Below, in pieces: positions 1-9,752 of a DNA stretch of 30,822 bases. The position numbers were made by a program, and so were the translations under genes. The notes beneath the pieces were generated by a model. It did not search any database, was not told where the DNA came from, and was given only the letters and a program-made list of their open reading frames with translations. Source of the DNA: Fibrobacteria bacterium (lineage in GTDB: Bacteria; Fibrobacterota; Fibrobacteria; UBA11236); NCBI GenBank assembly GCA_050486505.1, contig JBJHDK010000026.1:1-30822 (forward strand), read 5' to 3'. Numbering within the stretch: the first letter of the stretch is position 1; each line of letters begins with the position of its first letter.

Positions 1-54
1 ATCAGGCACATCCCGCACGCATTCATTCCGGACGGAGGGGGGTATTGGAGGTGA
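1..54 (+). CDS. 3' end of an upstream gene (partial, ...IRHIPHAFIPDGGGYWR*)
   Basis: Frame +1 is open from the window edge to TGA at 52-54. Too short to identify. Confidence 0.4.
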   Translation: MRHIPHAFIPDGGGYWR

Positions 55-62
55 ACCGGAAA

Positions 63-198
63 GAATTATGAGTTATGAGTCAGGAGTCGAATTCAGGAAT
101 ATTCGTGCGTGAGGCGTCGATGCATACTACAGATGCCTCCCCGAACACGGCGCTTCGGACACCTTCCATTCATAACTCATAACTCATAATTCCTAATT
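63..198. repeat. Heptamer-armed inverted-repeat intergenic element E1
   Basis: Left arm GAATTAT-GAGTTAT-GAGTCAG-GAGT (63-87); right arm ATTCATA-ACTCATA-ACTCATA-ATTCCTA-ATT (168-198). 63-80 is the exact reverse complement of 175-192 (18 bp). Confidence 0.9.
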
Positions 199-205
199 TC
201 CCTCC

Positions 206-808
206 ATGTTGATTCCCCTCCATCCCGTCACTCCCGAAGCCCGCCACTTGCGGCGTTTCCTCGATGTCATGGACAAGGGGGGGATCTGCGTTTACCCCAC
301 GGACTCGGGGTACTCGCTGGGATGCGACGCACGCAACCGCGTCGCGGTCAACAAGCTGTACCACCTCAAGCGCGCCATCAAAAAGTTCCTGATGGCCGTG
401 ATGGTTCGCGACTTCTCGGCGGTTTCCGACTTCGCACGGGTGGACAACACCTCCTATCGCTACATGAAGAAGCTGGTGCCAGGCCCCTACACCTTCATTC
501 TGCCGGCCACCGCCCACGGGCGGAAACTACTCGACGTAAAACGCCCCGAGGTCGGCGTGCGCATGCCCGCGCACCCGTTCGCGGATGCCCTGTTCGCCCT
601 GCGCCCCGAGATCGTGCTGCTCACGTCCGCAGCCAAGGTCCGTGAGGACGACGACTTCATCGATCCCGAAGAAATCGACGCGACCCTCGGCCATGCGGTC
701 GACCTCGTGCTGGGGATGGGCGAAGTACAGGCAAGCCCCACCACCGTGATTCGCCTGATCGACGGGGAGCCGGAAGTCCTCCGGGAAGGCAAGGGAAAGG
801 TTCCCTGA
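206..808 (+). CDS. Sua5/YciO/YrdC family protein (L-threonylcarbamoyladenylate synthase family, YciO-like)
   Basis: Motifs VYPTDSGYSLGC, PGPYTFIL, VGVRMP, PTTVI and REGKG; 200 aa single-domain size typical of YciO/TsaC. Confidence 0.9.
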   Translation: MLIPLHPVTPEARHLRRFLDVMDKGGICVYPTDSGYSLGCDARNRVAVNKLYHLKRAIKKFLMAVMVRDFSAVSDFARVDNTSYRYMKKLVPGPYTFILPATAHGRKLLDVKRPEVGVRMPAHPFADALFALRPEIVLLTSAAKVREDDDFIDPEEIDATLGHAVDLVLGMGEVQASPTTVIRLIDGEPEVLREGKGKVP

Positions 809-814
809 GACGCG

Positions 815-841
815 AAAAAGGCACCCATCCACGAGTGCCTT
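815..841 (-). terminator. Probable intrinsic terminator for the 870-1475 gene
   Basis: Minus strand AAGGCAC-N10-GTGCCTT running into a T5 tract; lies between convergent genes. Confidence 0.6.
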
Positions 842-869
842 CCAGGTCGAAACTCCCCGTCGGCTGCGG

Positions 870-1475
870 TCAGCTTCCCGGGCCGGTCGGAACGACAATG
901 GTGACGCTCCCCACCTCAACGGGCTCGTCGTCAATCACCACGCTCACTTCACCGGTGGAAGAGATTGTCACACCCGCGACTGTGATGCCGCCCGCCGAGA
1001 CATCGCCCAGAATAAAGCTTCCGGAAAGGGTTGCGCTCGACCCCACCGCGGCCCCGTTCGTTGCCAGGCTGATCGAACAAGGGTTCACCGTGATGGTGTC
1101 GCCCACCGCGGGCGACGGTGTGAACGTCGATGCCGTGAAGATGAAAATGCAGGAACCGAAGGCCGTCGTTCCCGATGCGCTGTCAGCATCGGTCTTCAAG
1201 CTGAACCCGGGGCTTGCGGCGCTGTCCGTATTTGCGGAAAAGGTCAGACTTGTCGCGGCACTGGTTCCGAAAGCCGGAATCCCCGATGTAAACGAAAGCT
1301 CCGTATTGTAAAGCACGGGAAGCGTCCCCTGCGAGGCTGCAAACGAAACGTCCCCGACCGCCACAGGGTCGGGGTCGGGCTCCGTCGAAGAAGATTTGCC
1401 GCATGCGGCTAATGCTAACAGGGTCAGGAACGCGGGTAGAGCCGTCATTCGTTTGAGCATGATGAACCGTGGCAT
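870..1475 (-). CDS. Hypothetical Ser/Thr/Gly-rich lipoprotein
   Basis: SD AAGGAG 5 nt before ATG; signal peptide with lipobox LAAC; S/T/P linker followed by beta-rich sequence. Confidence 0.75.
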   Translation of the reverse strand: MPRFIMLKRMTALPAFLTLLALAACGKSSSTEPDPDPVAVGDVSFAASQGTLPVLYNTELSFTSGIPAFGTSAATSLTFSANTDSAASPGFSLKTDADSASGTTAFGSCIFIFTASTFTPSPAVGDTITVNPCSISLATNGAAVGSSATLSGSFILGDVSAGGITVAGVTISSTGEVSVVIDDEPVEVGSVTIVVPTGPGS

Positions 1476-1868
1476 GTGAACTCCTTGGTGATTGTTCCGA
1501 AAAGTTCCAGGGAGCCTTCAGCCCGCTGCAAACCTCATCGGGTCGAAGCTGAATGGCAGATCCGAAAAACATTCCGCCTGCTCTTGGCTCCCGGGACCTT
1601 CCGGAAATTTTTTCCTGGACAACCGATTTCACCTCAAAGATCATGCCATCATCCGGGGTCCGACGGCCCGTTCCCCTTCCCCCGGCACCGAACAACGTCG
1701 AAACCACCTTTCAACACGTTGAAATGGAAGGGCTTATGGGGAAGCCACGGAATAACAGACTGGCACAACGTGTGTGCATGAAGAAAGGATGGCAACAGGG
1801 ATCCGGAGGCAACCTCCGGAATATCCAGCGACTCGCCCCCCCGCTCCGTTCACGATATGGCAGAAAAG

Positions 1869-1896
1869 TGTCATGTCAGTCACACAAGACATGACA
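1869..1896 (-). terminator. Possible intrinsic terminator downstream of the YjbH-like gene
   Basis: TGTCATGTC-N10-GACATGACA 9-bp stem 7 nt after the stop, followed by CTTTTCT on the minus strand. Confidence 0.5.
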
Positions 1897-1903
1897 AAGC
1901 CCT

Positions 1904-3994
1904 TCAGTTGTCATGCCCGTCCAATCCGGGAACTTCGCGGTCAAGGTTCACCGCATATCTGGAGAATGCCTCGCGCATCCGGTACAGCTGGGACCTCAAG
2001 TAGTCTTCATTCATGCGCCCGTTTCCGAAAAATTCATTGTCGAGTCCGGTGTACATGATCAACTCCCGCGTACTGGAAGGCATGACACTGTTCGTCTTCG
2101 CACCGACGACACTACGGATGCCCTGGGAATAATGTCCCGGGCCTTTCAGGGTGGCAAACCGCGGAGCCATTCCCCGGCGGGGAGTAAGCGGGACAAACGC
2201 CTTGAAGCCTGCGAACCGGGTGTCGCCGCCCTGCCGTACGAACAATGTCATGCCCAGATCGCTTGTCCAGCGCGTCCATTCCAGGGTGGGGCCGGCCGTG
2301 CCGTCGCCATAGCGCTGCCACCCGATCTCCGTCCAGGTAGCGGGCCCCCAGAACCTCCGGTAGCTCACGGCACCCGCCCTGTCGTCACCCTCGAGACCGC
2401 CGGGCTCGGGGTGGTAGAAAGCGCCCCTCAGCCGCACCACATCAGCACTTCCGGGCACGAATGCGACCAACTCGGATTGAGTCCCCCACGAATCGAAGTG
2501 GAACCGCCCCACCGCAACATGGAGGAACGCACGGCGACCGATCCCGTAACTCTGCCCCAGCGAAACGGTCTCCAACCCCTCCCGATGCCTGATGCGGGAA
2601 AAAGCTCTCCCATCCTCGACGTTGAGCGAATGATCCATGGGAATCGAGTATCCTGCGGTCATTCTCGCGCCTGTCCACAACGGGACAACCAGTTGCGGCT
2701 TGGCGGCCAACGAGTAATCGAAGGCTCCCAGTTCGGTTCCCATGGTGTAATTCAACCCGGGACGCACTTCGAAGCGCATCCGGGTGGTCCCTGAGGAAGC
2801 GTCTTGTTCCCACCGGGTCCCTTCCATGTTCGAACTCCCGGGATTCCAGTTCAGGCTTTCCCGCACTGGTTCGACGGGTCCCCCTTGCAGAAAGCCGCGA
2901 AACACCGATGCCTCGACGACCGTCTCATGGATACGCAAGCCATCCTTGAGGGTGACGGCCCTGACGAAGCGGACTTCGGAGGGGGACATGTCGCTTCCGA
3001 CTCCAAGGACAAGCCCCAGCGCGTCAACTTCATTCCATGCAAAGCGATGATTCTCATACTCGATGACGGTTTCAAGCGAAGTCGAATCACCCCGTAACCC
3101 AACGCGCACACGCTCAAGCCCCTTCGCCACAAGGGCCCGCCGCAAGTCACCGAGCCCCTCCAACGTCCCAGGTTTCGCATCAACCAAGCCTGCGGTTCCC
3201 GGATCGTCGCGCCGTACGTTCTGCGGCGGCACGTGGTCCGATCGACGGGCATCGAGATTACCGGCCGGCCAGCGCAGATCCACGGCGAAACTAAAGGCAT
3301 CGGCATCCCTCCCGTCGGGATACGTGGCGCCGAAGGATTGCTGCAGCCCTGCCCCCAATCGCAAATCTCCCGCGAACGCCAATGGAGGGGAGTACCACCT
3401 ACCTCCAAGGTAGGCCGTCCTTCCATCATGCTCGGCGAGCAGGGTCACCCCCGTTGGATCGATCCGCCACGCCAGCCCTCCGAAAACGCCGTCGAAGTCT
3501 TCTTCGTGGCGATTCCCAAGGATGTGCACATATCCCAATGTGGCGGAGAACCTCTGCCATCGTTGCGTGACAACACCGTATCTGGACGCGAAAAGAACAT
3601 TCCCTCCAGCAGGGTCATTCAGCCCGAAAGCGACTTGGGGGCCGCGTTCGGGCAGAAACGGGAGACGCACCTTGATATTGGCCGAAACGTCGCGGTCACC
3701 GGAATTCAGGAACTGTCCCTTGGGCGTACTGGAATAGTCCGCATATCGCCCGAACAGTTCGACATGCTTCAGAATGCCGAACCCGATCGAAATGGTACGA
3801 GAATCGGTTTGTTCTCCGAACTTGGGCTCCGTGAAGCCGGAATATCCCAAAGCCATCCCGAATTCGGGCAGCACTTCCGCAGTGGGAATCACCAGTCCAC
3901 CCGTATAGCCCCGCACACTCGTTCCATCGGCATGACTTGACGCAATGGTGCAAGCGAGGCCGACGAGAGCGCAGCAAATCCAGTTGTTGGTCAA
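1904..3994 (-). CDS. YjbH/GfcD-domain outer-membrane beta-barrel protein
   Basis: N-terminal signal peptide, then GYTGGLVIPTAEVL, DVSANIKVRL, VAFGLND, YGVVTQ, GVFGG and LLAEHDG, which resemble the YjbH N-terminal barrel; 696 aa; TTG start preceded by GAGGAAAGG. Confidence 0.75.
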   Translation of the reverse strand: MTNNWICCALVGLACTIASSHADGTSVRGYTGGLVIPTAEVLPEFGMALGYSGFTEPKFGEQTDSRTISIGFGILKHVELFGRYADYSSTPKGQFLNSGDRDVSANIKVRLPFLPERGPQVAFGLNDPAGGNVLFASRYGVVTQRWQRFSATLGYVHILGNRHEEDFDGVFGGLAWRIDPTGVTLLAEHDGRTAYLGGRWYSPPLAFAGDLRLGAGLQQSFGATYPDGRDADAFSFAVDLRWPAGNLDARRSDHVPPQNVRRDDPGTAGLVDAKPGTLEGLGDLRRALVAKGLERVRVGLRGDSTSLETVIEYENHRFAWNEVDALGLVLGVGSDMSPSEVRFVRAVTLKDGLRIHETVVEASVFRGFLQGGPVEPVRESLNWNPGSSNMEGTRWEQDASSGTTRMRFEVRPGLNYTMGTELGAFDYSLAAKPQLVVPLWTGARMTAGYSIPMDHSLNVEDGRAFSRIRHREGLETVSLGQSYGIGRRAFLHVAVGRFHFDSWGTQSELVAFVPGSADVVRLRGAFYHPEPGGLEGDDRAGAVSYRRFWGPATWTEIGWQRYGDGTAGPTLEWTRWTSDLGMTLFVRQGGDTRFAGFKAFVPLTPRRGMAPRFATLKGPGHYSQGIRSVVGAKTNSVMPSSTRELIMYTGLDNEFFGNGRMNEDYLRSQLYRMREAFSRYAVNLDREVPGLDGHDN

Positions 3995-4122
3995 GACGGC
4001 CTTTCCTCACCATACCGAATGCGGCACGCGCAACCGGGTCGCATCGCATGCTCGCACCGACACCGCAAAAGACGGACTCGCAGGATTGTAGAACATTTCG
4101 GCGTTCGTGCGAACTTCAGCGT

Positions 4123-6876
4123 CTATCTCCCGATCCCCCGCAACAACCGCTCCGTCTGACGCTTCGCCTCCTCGGCGGCCTGTTCTTCCAGGCGCTTGCG
4201 CTCGGCCTCAGCCGCCTCCTCAAGGCGCCTGCGTTCGGCCGCGGCCGCCTCTTCGAGGCGCTTGCGCTCCGCATCCAGGCGTTCACGCGCCTCCGCCTCG
4301 AGTCGATCGCGCTCCTGCCGCGCGCGCGCCTCGGCTTCCGCCCGGGCACGTTGCGCCGCCGCATCCACGGCTCCGCGCGCGGCTCCGGCGGCACCCTCGC
4401 GAGCCATGCGCGAAGCGTCGAGCGCAAACCGCGGCGAGCTCACCTCCCCGTCCACCAGGAAGTACAAGATCGCGTTCCCGTCGCGGTCGACGGGAACGAG
4501 CGACGCACCCGCGAGGCCCGGGGCACCGGTGAGCCGCGACAGCTGATCCATCAGTGCGCCGCCCGCATCGAGCACGAGGCGCGAGGCCGCGGGCGGCAGG
4601 GTTTGCGCCACGCGCAGGTCAAGGACGTTGTCGAAACCCACGGTTCCCTCGGCCTTCATCGCGCCCGCGGGGGATCCCGAAAACCCGAAGTCGCGCACAA
4701 GAAGCTGTCCGTCTTCAACACGGAAATCCCCCCGCAATTCCCCGAACTCGAGTTGCTCGAAACCCAGGGCCGAATGCTTTTCGGCGAGAGCCGAGGACAG
4801 GCTGCGCGTCCACTCCACGCCGACGAGGCGCCCGTTGCCGACCTTGAATGCAAGCGCGCCCGAAAGATTGTCCACGAAAGCGTCGGGGAGCCCATGGGTC
4901 GCGAAGTCGGCCTTCAGGTCGAGGCGCCCGAAGATCGCGCTGTCGGTGGCCGCCAGTGCGCGGAGCATGGGATTCTTCAGGGGAAGGCGATCGTTGAGAC
5001 GCGAGATGAAGTCATTGGCTTCAACGCGCGAGACGTCGAGGCGGAAGGCCACTCCCATGTCCACGGAATCGCGCGGAACCACGCGCAGTGCAGAGGTGAA
5101 GCTTCCGCTGTACAACGTCCCCTTCAGGTCCGCTGCCGCTTCCGTTTCGGAAAGCGCCGCGTTGAGGGTGAACGCCGTCATCTCGAGGTTCATCAGGCGC
5201 GTGCGTTCAAGCAGCACGGTCACCTGGGCGTCAAGCTGCGGCCAATCGGGATACCGTGTCAACGGCTCCGCATCGGGCTCCGGCTCGCCTCCCGTTTCCG
5301 GGAGCAGCTCGTCCAGGTCGACGAGGGCCGAACGGATCTCCACTTGCGCGAGCGCGCGCCGCCCCTGCGCCTGCTCCGGCATGAGCAGCGCCAGCCAGTG
5401 GTGCACATCGACGCGAACGCTCGCATCGGAGTTTCCGATGCGGGCATCGAGACGTTGTCGGATGCGCTCGTTGCGGATTTCGACCGAACCCGAGGCCCGG
5501 AGAGGCGGCAGGTCGGGAAGCACGGCCTCCACGTCCCTCAACGTGATGTCACCGCGCACCGCCAGATTTTGGGGGTGCGCCGGATCAAGGGCGCCCGAGG
5601 CCTCAAGCATAATGGTTTGCATTCCGGAAAGGCGGATGCCTTCATCCAGCATGCCGATGGCGCGGGCCACGGCGGAAAGGTTCTCCAGATCGAGGGTTCC
5701 CTCCGCCTTGAAACCCCGCAGATGCGGGATGGAGTCAAGCACTCCCGTCAGGAGCGCCTCCATGCCGAACCGATTCGTTCCCGTACGGAAACCCGTCCCG
5801 TCGAGGCGCACGGAATCGCCGCGCACGGCGAGATCCAGCGTGAACTCCTCGATGCCCTGCGGCACGTCGGCATGGCGGAAGCTTGCGTCGCGCACGGCGA
5901 TGTCCGCGCGCACCGCCGAAAGCACATCGTCGCCCAGCGGACCGGAGACGCGTGCGTCGAGCGACGCCGTGCCCGCAGCCCGCAGCTTCGCGATCTCCGG
6001 CGAAAGCTCGCGCGGAACCTCACGAAGCAGGGACGCGAGAGAAACCTCCGGTGCGGACACGCGGATGTCGGCAACGGGCACATCTTGCGTCATGTCCCGA
6101 AGAACACCCTCGACATGCACGCGCACATCCTGAAGTTCGATCCCGAGTGCGGCGATGCGCAAACTGTCGCCGGGCAGGTCGATGTGCAGGTCATGAACGA
6201 CGGACACGCGCACCCCGCCCTTGCGCAAGCCCGTCGTCCCGTCGCGCAGCGAGATCTCGCGCAGGTCGAGGCGCCCCGCAGCGCGGACGTTCCGCAGTCG
6301 GGGATCAAGATCGAGGGACGACCGCTGGCGGATGTCGCCGAGCGTGATTTCCAGGTCGCTCCCCGTATCACGGTAGCGGACGCGCCCGTTCTCGATCACG
6401 AGCGCCCGCAGGCTCAGTGCGACGGGAAGCTCGGGCAAGGTCGTATCCGATTCCGCGACCGCGGACGCATCGGACGCGCCGCCGAGTCCGTCGAGGTTGG
6501 TGTTCCCTGCCGCATCCACCTCGTACAGAAAATCGGGGCCGCGCAGGCGGATCTCATGGATGGCCGGCGAAAAACGCAAGAGCGACATCCAGCTCACCGA
6601 AAGGTCGAGCCGGTCGAGCGCCGCCATCGGTTCCGTGGAGAACCCCGGCGCGTTGGCCACTCGGACCTCGCGCACGGAGACCCTCAAACGGGGGAAAACC
6701 CCGACACGAATCCCCCCCACCTCAACCGTTCTTCCCAAGGCCTCGGATCCCTGGACCTGCACGACCGACAGAACGCGGTCGGCGGGAAAGGCGACGCGCA
6801 ATGCGATGTAAGCCGTGATGAAGACCGCCGCGGCGCCAAGGGCAACCAGAATGAGAATGCGTTTCGCTTTGTTCAT
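4123..6876 (-). CDS. AsmA family protein (bridge-like lipid-transport superfamily) with C-terminal coiled coil
   Basis: N-terminal TM anchor; ALGRTVEVGGIRVGVFPRLRV...VANAPGFS and GNTNLD are AsmA N-terminal features; C-terminal AsmA_2-like region GTVGFDNVLDL; 917 aa. Confidence 0.85.
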   Translation of the reverse strand: MNKAKRILILVALGAAAVFITAYIALRVAFPADRVLSVVQVQGSEALGRTVEVGGIRVGVFPRLRVSVREVRVANAPGFSTEPMAALDRLDLSVSWMSLLRFSPAIHEIRLRGPDFLYEVDAAGNTNLDGLGGASDASAVAESDTTLPELPVALSLRALVIENGRVRYRDTGSDLEITLGDIRQRSSLDLDPRLRNVRAAGRLDLREISLRDGTTGLRKGGVRVSVVHDLHIDLPGDSLRIAALGIELQDVRVHVEGVLRDMTQDVPVADIRVSAPEVSLASLLREVPRELSPEIAKLRAAGTASLDARVSGPLGDDVLSAVRADIAVRDASFRHADVPQGIEEFTLDLAVRGDSVRLDGTGFRTGTNRFGMEALLTGVLDSIPHLRGFKAEGTLDLENLSAVARAIGMLDEGIRLSGMQTIMLEASGALDPAHPQNLAVRGDITLRDVEAVLPDLPPLRASGSVEIRNERIRQRLDARIGNSDASVRVDVHHWLALLMPEQAQGRRALAQVEIRSALVDLDELLPETGGEPEPDAEPLTRYPDWPQLDAQVTVLLERTRLMNLEMTAFTLNAALSETEAAADLKGTLYSGSFTSALRVVPRDSVDMGVAFRLDVSRVEANDFISRLNDRLPLKNPMLRALAATDSAIFGRLDLKADFATHGLPDAFVDNLSGALAFKVGNGRLVGVEWTRSLSSALAEKHSALGFEQLEFGELRGDFRVEDGQLLVRDFGFSGSPAGAMKAEGTVGFDNVLDLRVAQTLPPAASRLVLDAGGALMDQLSRLTGAPGLAGASLVPVDRDGNAILYFLVDGEVSSPRFALDASRMAREGAAGAARGAVDAAAQRARAEAEARARQERDRLEAEARERLDAERKRLEEAAAAERRRLEEAAEAERKRLEEQAAEEAKRQTERLLRGIGR
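4186..4284 (-). repeat. Three imperfect 33-bp coding tandem repeats (11-residue AERKRLEE-type units)
   Basis: Units at 4186-4218, 4219-4251 and 4252-4284 encode repeated ER(K/R)RLEE motifs. Confidence 0.7.
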
Positions 6877-6970
6877 GACGTGGGGGACTCCCGGGATGAA
6901 TGCGCTGGAGGGGGAAATTTACGAAGACGCGGGCATCGGATCGGGGATTCCCGCCCCGTGAGAAGGCAAT

Positions 6971-6997
6971 AAAAACGCCGCCCCCGAAGGGGCGGCG
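6971..6997 (-). terminator. Intrinsic terminator
   Basis: Minus strand CGCCGCCCC-TTCG-GGGGCGGCG-TTTTT: 9-bp GC stem, UUCG loop and U tract, 26 nt after the stop of 7024-7635. Confidence 0.9.
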
Positions 6998-7023
6998 CAA
7001 AGGGAACTGAATCCCTGGAAGCG

Positions 7024-7635
7024 CTATTCGTCCCCGGCTTCGACCAGCCTGATATTCACCGTCAACGTTCCCGAACCGGAGGAGGAGTCCCCATCGAGGG
7101 ATGACACCGTGACGAAGGCGTGTTCGCCCTCCGAGGTGAGAACCACGAACATGTCGCCTGCGGCGACCACGGAACTCGTCAGTTCCTCGCCGGCGAGATA
7201 CGCGACGACCGCAGCTTCGACATTGGCAGGCGCTGTTTCGACTTTGACGAACTTGACGTCCGCAAGAATCGAGTCGACGTAGTTCGCCGCCACGGAAATT
7301 CCCGCAGCCTTGGCGCTCGCCGCGCTCATGATCTTGAAGGAACTCTCGTGGAACACGAAGAGCAGGTCGACCGAACGCATGTTCGCCCGATTGCCGGTCG
7401 TGTCGTTGACTTCAGCCGACAGCATCACGCGGCGACCGTCGAGATCGATCGCGGTGCCGAGTGTCGAATTCGCCTGCGCCCCCACCGTCAACACTGAATC
7501 GGAAGTCCAGGGGGTGGTGATTTCAGGCTCTTCTTCCTTCTTGTCGTCCTTGCTGTCGGTGAGACAGCCGACAAGGCCGAGGCTCATGGCCATGAGCGCT
7601 GCTGCGAAAAGCTTCCCGTTAAAAATGGATTTCAT
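7024..7635 (-). CDS. Hypothetical lipoprotein
   Basis: SD AGGAG; signal peptide with lipobox LVGC followed by a charged linker; has its own terminator. Confidence 0.8.
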   Translation of the reverse strand: MKSIFNGKLFAAALMAMSLGLVGCLTDSKDDKKEEEPEITTPWTSDSVLTVGAQANSTLGTAIDLDGRRVMLSAEVNDTTGNRANMRSVDLLFVFHESSFKIMSAASAKAAGISVAANYVDSILADVKFVKVETAPANVEAAVVAYLAGEELTSSVVAAGDMFVVLTSEGEHAFVTVSSLDGDSSSGSGTLTVNIRLVEAGDE

Positions 7636-7691
7636 GCGATCACTCCTGTTTTTGATGAAGGGTTCCGAAACAATACGGAAACAGGGAGAAA

Positions 7692-9746
7692 TTAGCCGCG
7701 GCGGGGGGTTTTTGCAGAAGCTTTTTTCGGTTTTGTCGTATTTTCGCCCTTCTTGCGTCCAGAGGAAGGGTTGCCCCGGGATTCCAGCTCCGCAATCCGG
7801 TCCCTCAGCATCGCCGCTCGCTCGAATTCGAGGGAATCGGCTGCCGCAGCCATCTCGCTCCGAAGGTCTTCCAAATCCTCGACGCCATACTCCAGCTCCT
7901 GCTCGGCAACCAGCAGGGCGCGCAAGTCCGCCTCCGCGTCTCCCGCATCAGGCAGCATCTGGAGATGCTCGTGGATCTCGCGGGTGATGGAACGCGGCAC
8001 GATGCCATGCTCAACGTTCCAGGCTTCCTGCTTCTCGCGGCGTCGGCGCGTCTCCGCCATGGCATCGCGCAGGCTGTCGGTCACCACGTCGCCGTACAGC
8101 AGCACCTTGCCTCGCAGGTGGCGCGCCGCCCGACCGATGGTCTGGATCAGCGAACGGCGACTGCGGAGAAACCCCTCCTTGTCGGCATCGAGGATCGCCA
8201 CCAACGACACTTCGGGAAGGTCGAGCCCCTCGCGCAGGAGGTTGATGCCCACGAGGACGTCGATTTCTCCCTCGCGCAACTCGCGGATAATCTCGCTCCG
8301 GCGGATGGTGTCGGTGTCTGAGTGCATGTACTGCACCAGAACCCCCGCCTCCTTGAGGAACGCCGTGAGATCCTCCGCGCTACGCTTGGTCAGCGTGGTC
8401 ACGAGCACCCGCTCCTTCGCCGCCGTGCGGGCGTGGATCTCGTGCAGCAGGTCGTCGATCTGTCCGCGCGTGGGCCGCATTTCCACGTCGGGATCGAGCA
8501 ACCCGGTGGGACGGATCACCTGCTCCACCACCTCGCCGCCGGTTTTGTCGAGTTCGTAGTCGGCCGGCGTCGCCGAAACGAACAACGTCTGCGGCATCCG
8601 CGCCTCGAATTCTTCGAACTTGAGGGGACGGTTGTCGAGCGCGCAGGGAAGCCGGAAACCGTAATTCACCAGGCTTTCCTTGCGCGCCCTGTCTCCGTTG
8701 TACATCGCGCGAATCTGCGGGACGGTGACATGCGATTCGTCCAGGATCAACAGGTAGTCCTTCCCGAAAAAATCAAGCAACGTCGAGGGCGGGGATCCGA
8801 CGGGACGATCCTCCAGGATGCGGCTGTAGTTCTCGATGCCGGAGCAGAACCCGATCTCCTTGAGCATTTCCATGTCGAAGGAGGTACGCTGATTCAGGCG
8901 CTGCGCCTCCAGCAGTTTCCCCTCTTCCGTGAACTTGCGCGACTGGGCATCAAGCTCCGCGCGGATGTCGCGCAGGATCCGGTCCATCCCTTCCTCGCTG
9001 GTTACATAGTGCCGCGCGGGATAGATCAGCGCCTCGGGCAAGTCCGCAAGCTCCTCCCCCGTCAGAATGTCGACCCGGCGGATGCGTTCGACCTCGTCGC
9101 CGAAGAACTCGATGCGGTAGGCGAAATCATCGTAGGCCGGGCGGACCTCCACCACGTCGCCGCGCGCGCGGAACGTCCCGCGCTTGAACTCGATGTCGTT
9201 GCGCGTGTAGTACGCCCCGATCAGGCTCTTCAGAAGAGCCTCGCGCCCCTCTCCTTCCCCCACCCGCACGGGAATCATCATCTTCGCGTATTCGACGGGG
9301 GTTCCCAGGCCGTAAATGCAGGAGACGGAGGAGACCACCACCACGTCCTTGCGCGACATCAGCGACGCCGTGGCGCGCAAGCGGAGCTTGTCGATTTCCT
9401 CGTTGCGCTGCGAATCCTTCTCGATGTACGTGTCACTGGCCGGCATGTACGCTTCCGGCTGGTAGTAGTCGTAATAGCTGACGAAGTACTCCACCGCATT
9501 GCGGGGGAAGAACGCCTTGAACTCCTGGTAAAGTTGCGCGGCCAGGGTCTTGTTGTGGGAGAGCACCAAGGTCGGGCGATCCAGCTCGCGGATCACGTTC
9601 GCCATGGTGAAGGTCTTGCCCGAACCGGTGACGCCCAGCAACGTTTGGAAAGGGATCCCTTTGCGAAACTCGCCGGTGATGCGTTCAATCGCCCCGGGCT
9701 GGTCACCCGCAGGCGCATAGGGAGAAACGAGTTCGAAGCGGGGCAC
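7692..9746 (-). CDS. uvrB: Excinuclease ABC subunit B
   Basis: GDQP, Walker A GVTGSGKT, YFVSYYDYYQPEAY beta-hairpin, DESH, GINLLREGLDLPEV and a C-terminal UVR domain (FERAAMLRD). Confidence 0.99.
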   Translation of the reverse strand: MPRFELVSPYAPAGDQPGAIERITGEFRKGIPFQTLLGVTGSGKTFTMANVIRELDRPTLVLSHNKTLAAQLYQEFKAFFPRNAVEYFVSYYDYYQPEAYMPASDTYIEKDSQRNEEIDKLRLRATASLMSRKDVVVVSSVSCIYGLGTPVEYAKMMIPVRVGEGEGREALLKSLIGAYYTRNDIEFKRGTFRARGDVVEVRPAYDDFAYRIEFFGDEVERIRRVDILTGEELADLPEALIYPARHYVTSEEGMDRILRDIRAELDAQSRKFTEEGKLLEAQRLNQRTSFDMEMLKEIGFCSGIENYSRILEDRPVGSPPSTLLDFFGKDYLLILDESHVTVPQIRAMYNGDRARKESLVNYGFRLPCALDNRPLKFEEFEARMPQTLFVSATPADYELDKTGGEVVEQVIRPTGLLDPDVEMRPTRGQIDDLLHEIHARTAAKERVLVTTLTKRSAEDLTAFLKEAGVLVQYMHSDTDTIRRSEIIRELREGEIDVLVGINLLREGLDLPEVSLVAILDADKEGFLRSRRSLIQTIGRAARHLRGKVLLYGDVVTDSLRDAMAETRRRREKQEAWNVEHGIVPRSITREIHEHLQMLPDAGDAEADLRALLVAEQELEYGVEDLEDLRSEMAAAADSLEFERAAMLRDRIAELESRGNPSSGRKKGENTTKPKKASAKTPRRG

Positions 9747-9752
9747 AGGGGA

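Noticed and set aside
68..182. Small ORFs inside E1 (68-112, 75-182), and short ORFs in E2, E3 and E5
   Set aside because: Short, mutually unrelated and not spanning stop-to-start; no evidence of coding.
63..198. Heptamer arrays as CRISPR repeats or simple terminators
   Set aside because: Units are 7 bp and contiguous with no spacers or cas genes; the stems enclose 65-130 nt cores, lack U tracts and sit between co-directional genes.
55..205. Target-site duplications flanking the heptamer elements (IS/MITE hallmark)
   Set aside because: No direct repeats were found at the flanks I inspected and there is no transposase in the window, so the elements are not called mobile_element.
1761..1778. 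TGGCAC...TGCA sigma54-like promoter
   Set aside because: GG-to-GC spacing is 12 nt rather than the required 10, and it faces away from the neighbouring gene starts.
3937..6972. 1011-aa plus-strand ORF
   Set aside because: Antisense shadow of the AsmA gene, expected in high-GC DNA; Arg/His-rich with no recognisable motifs.
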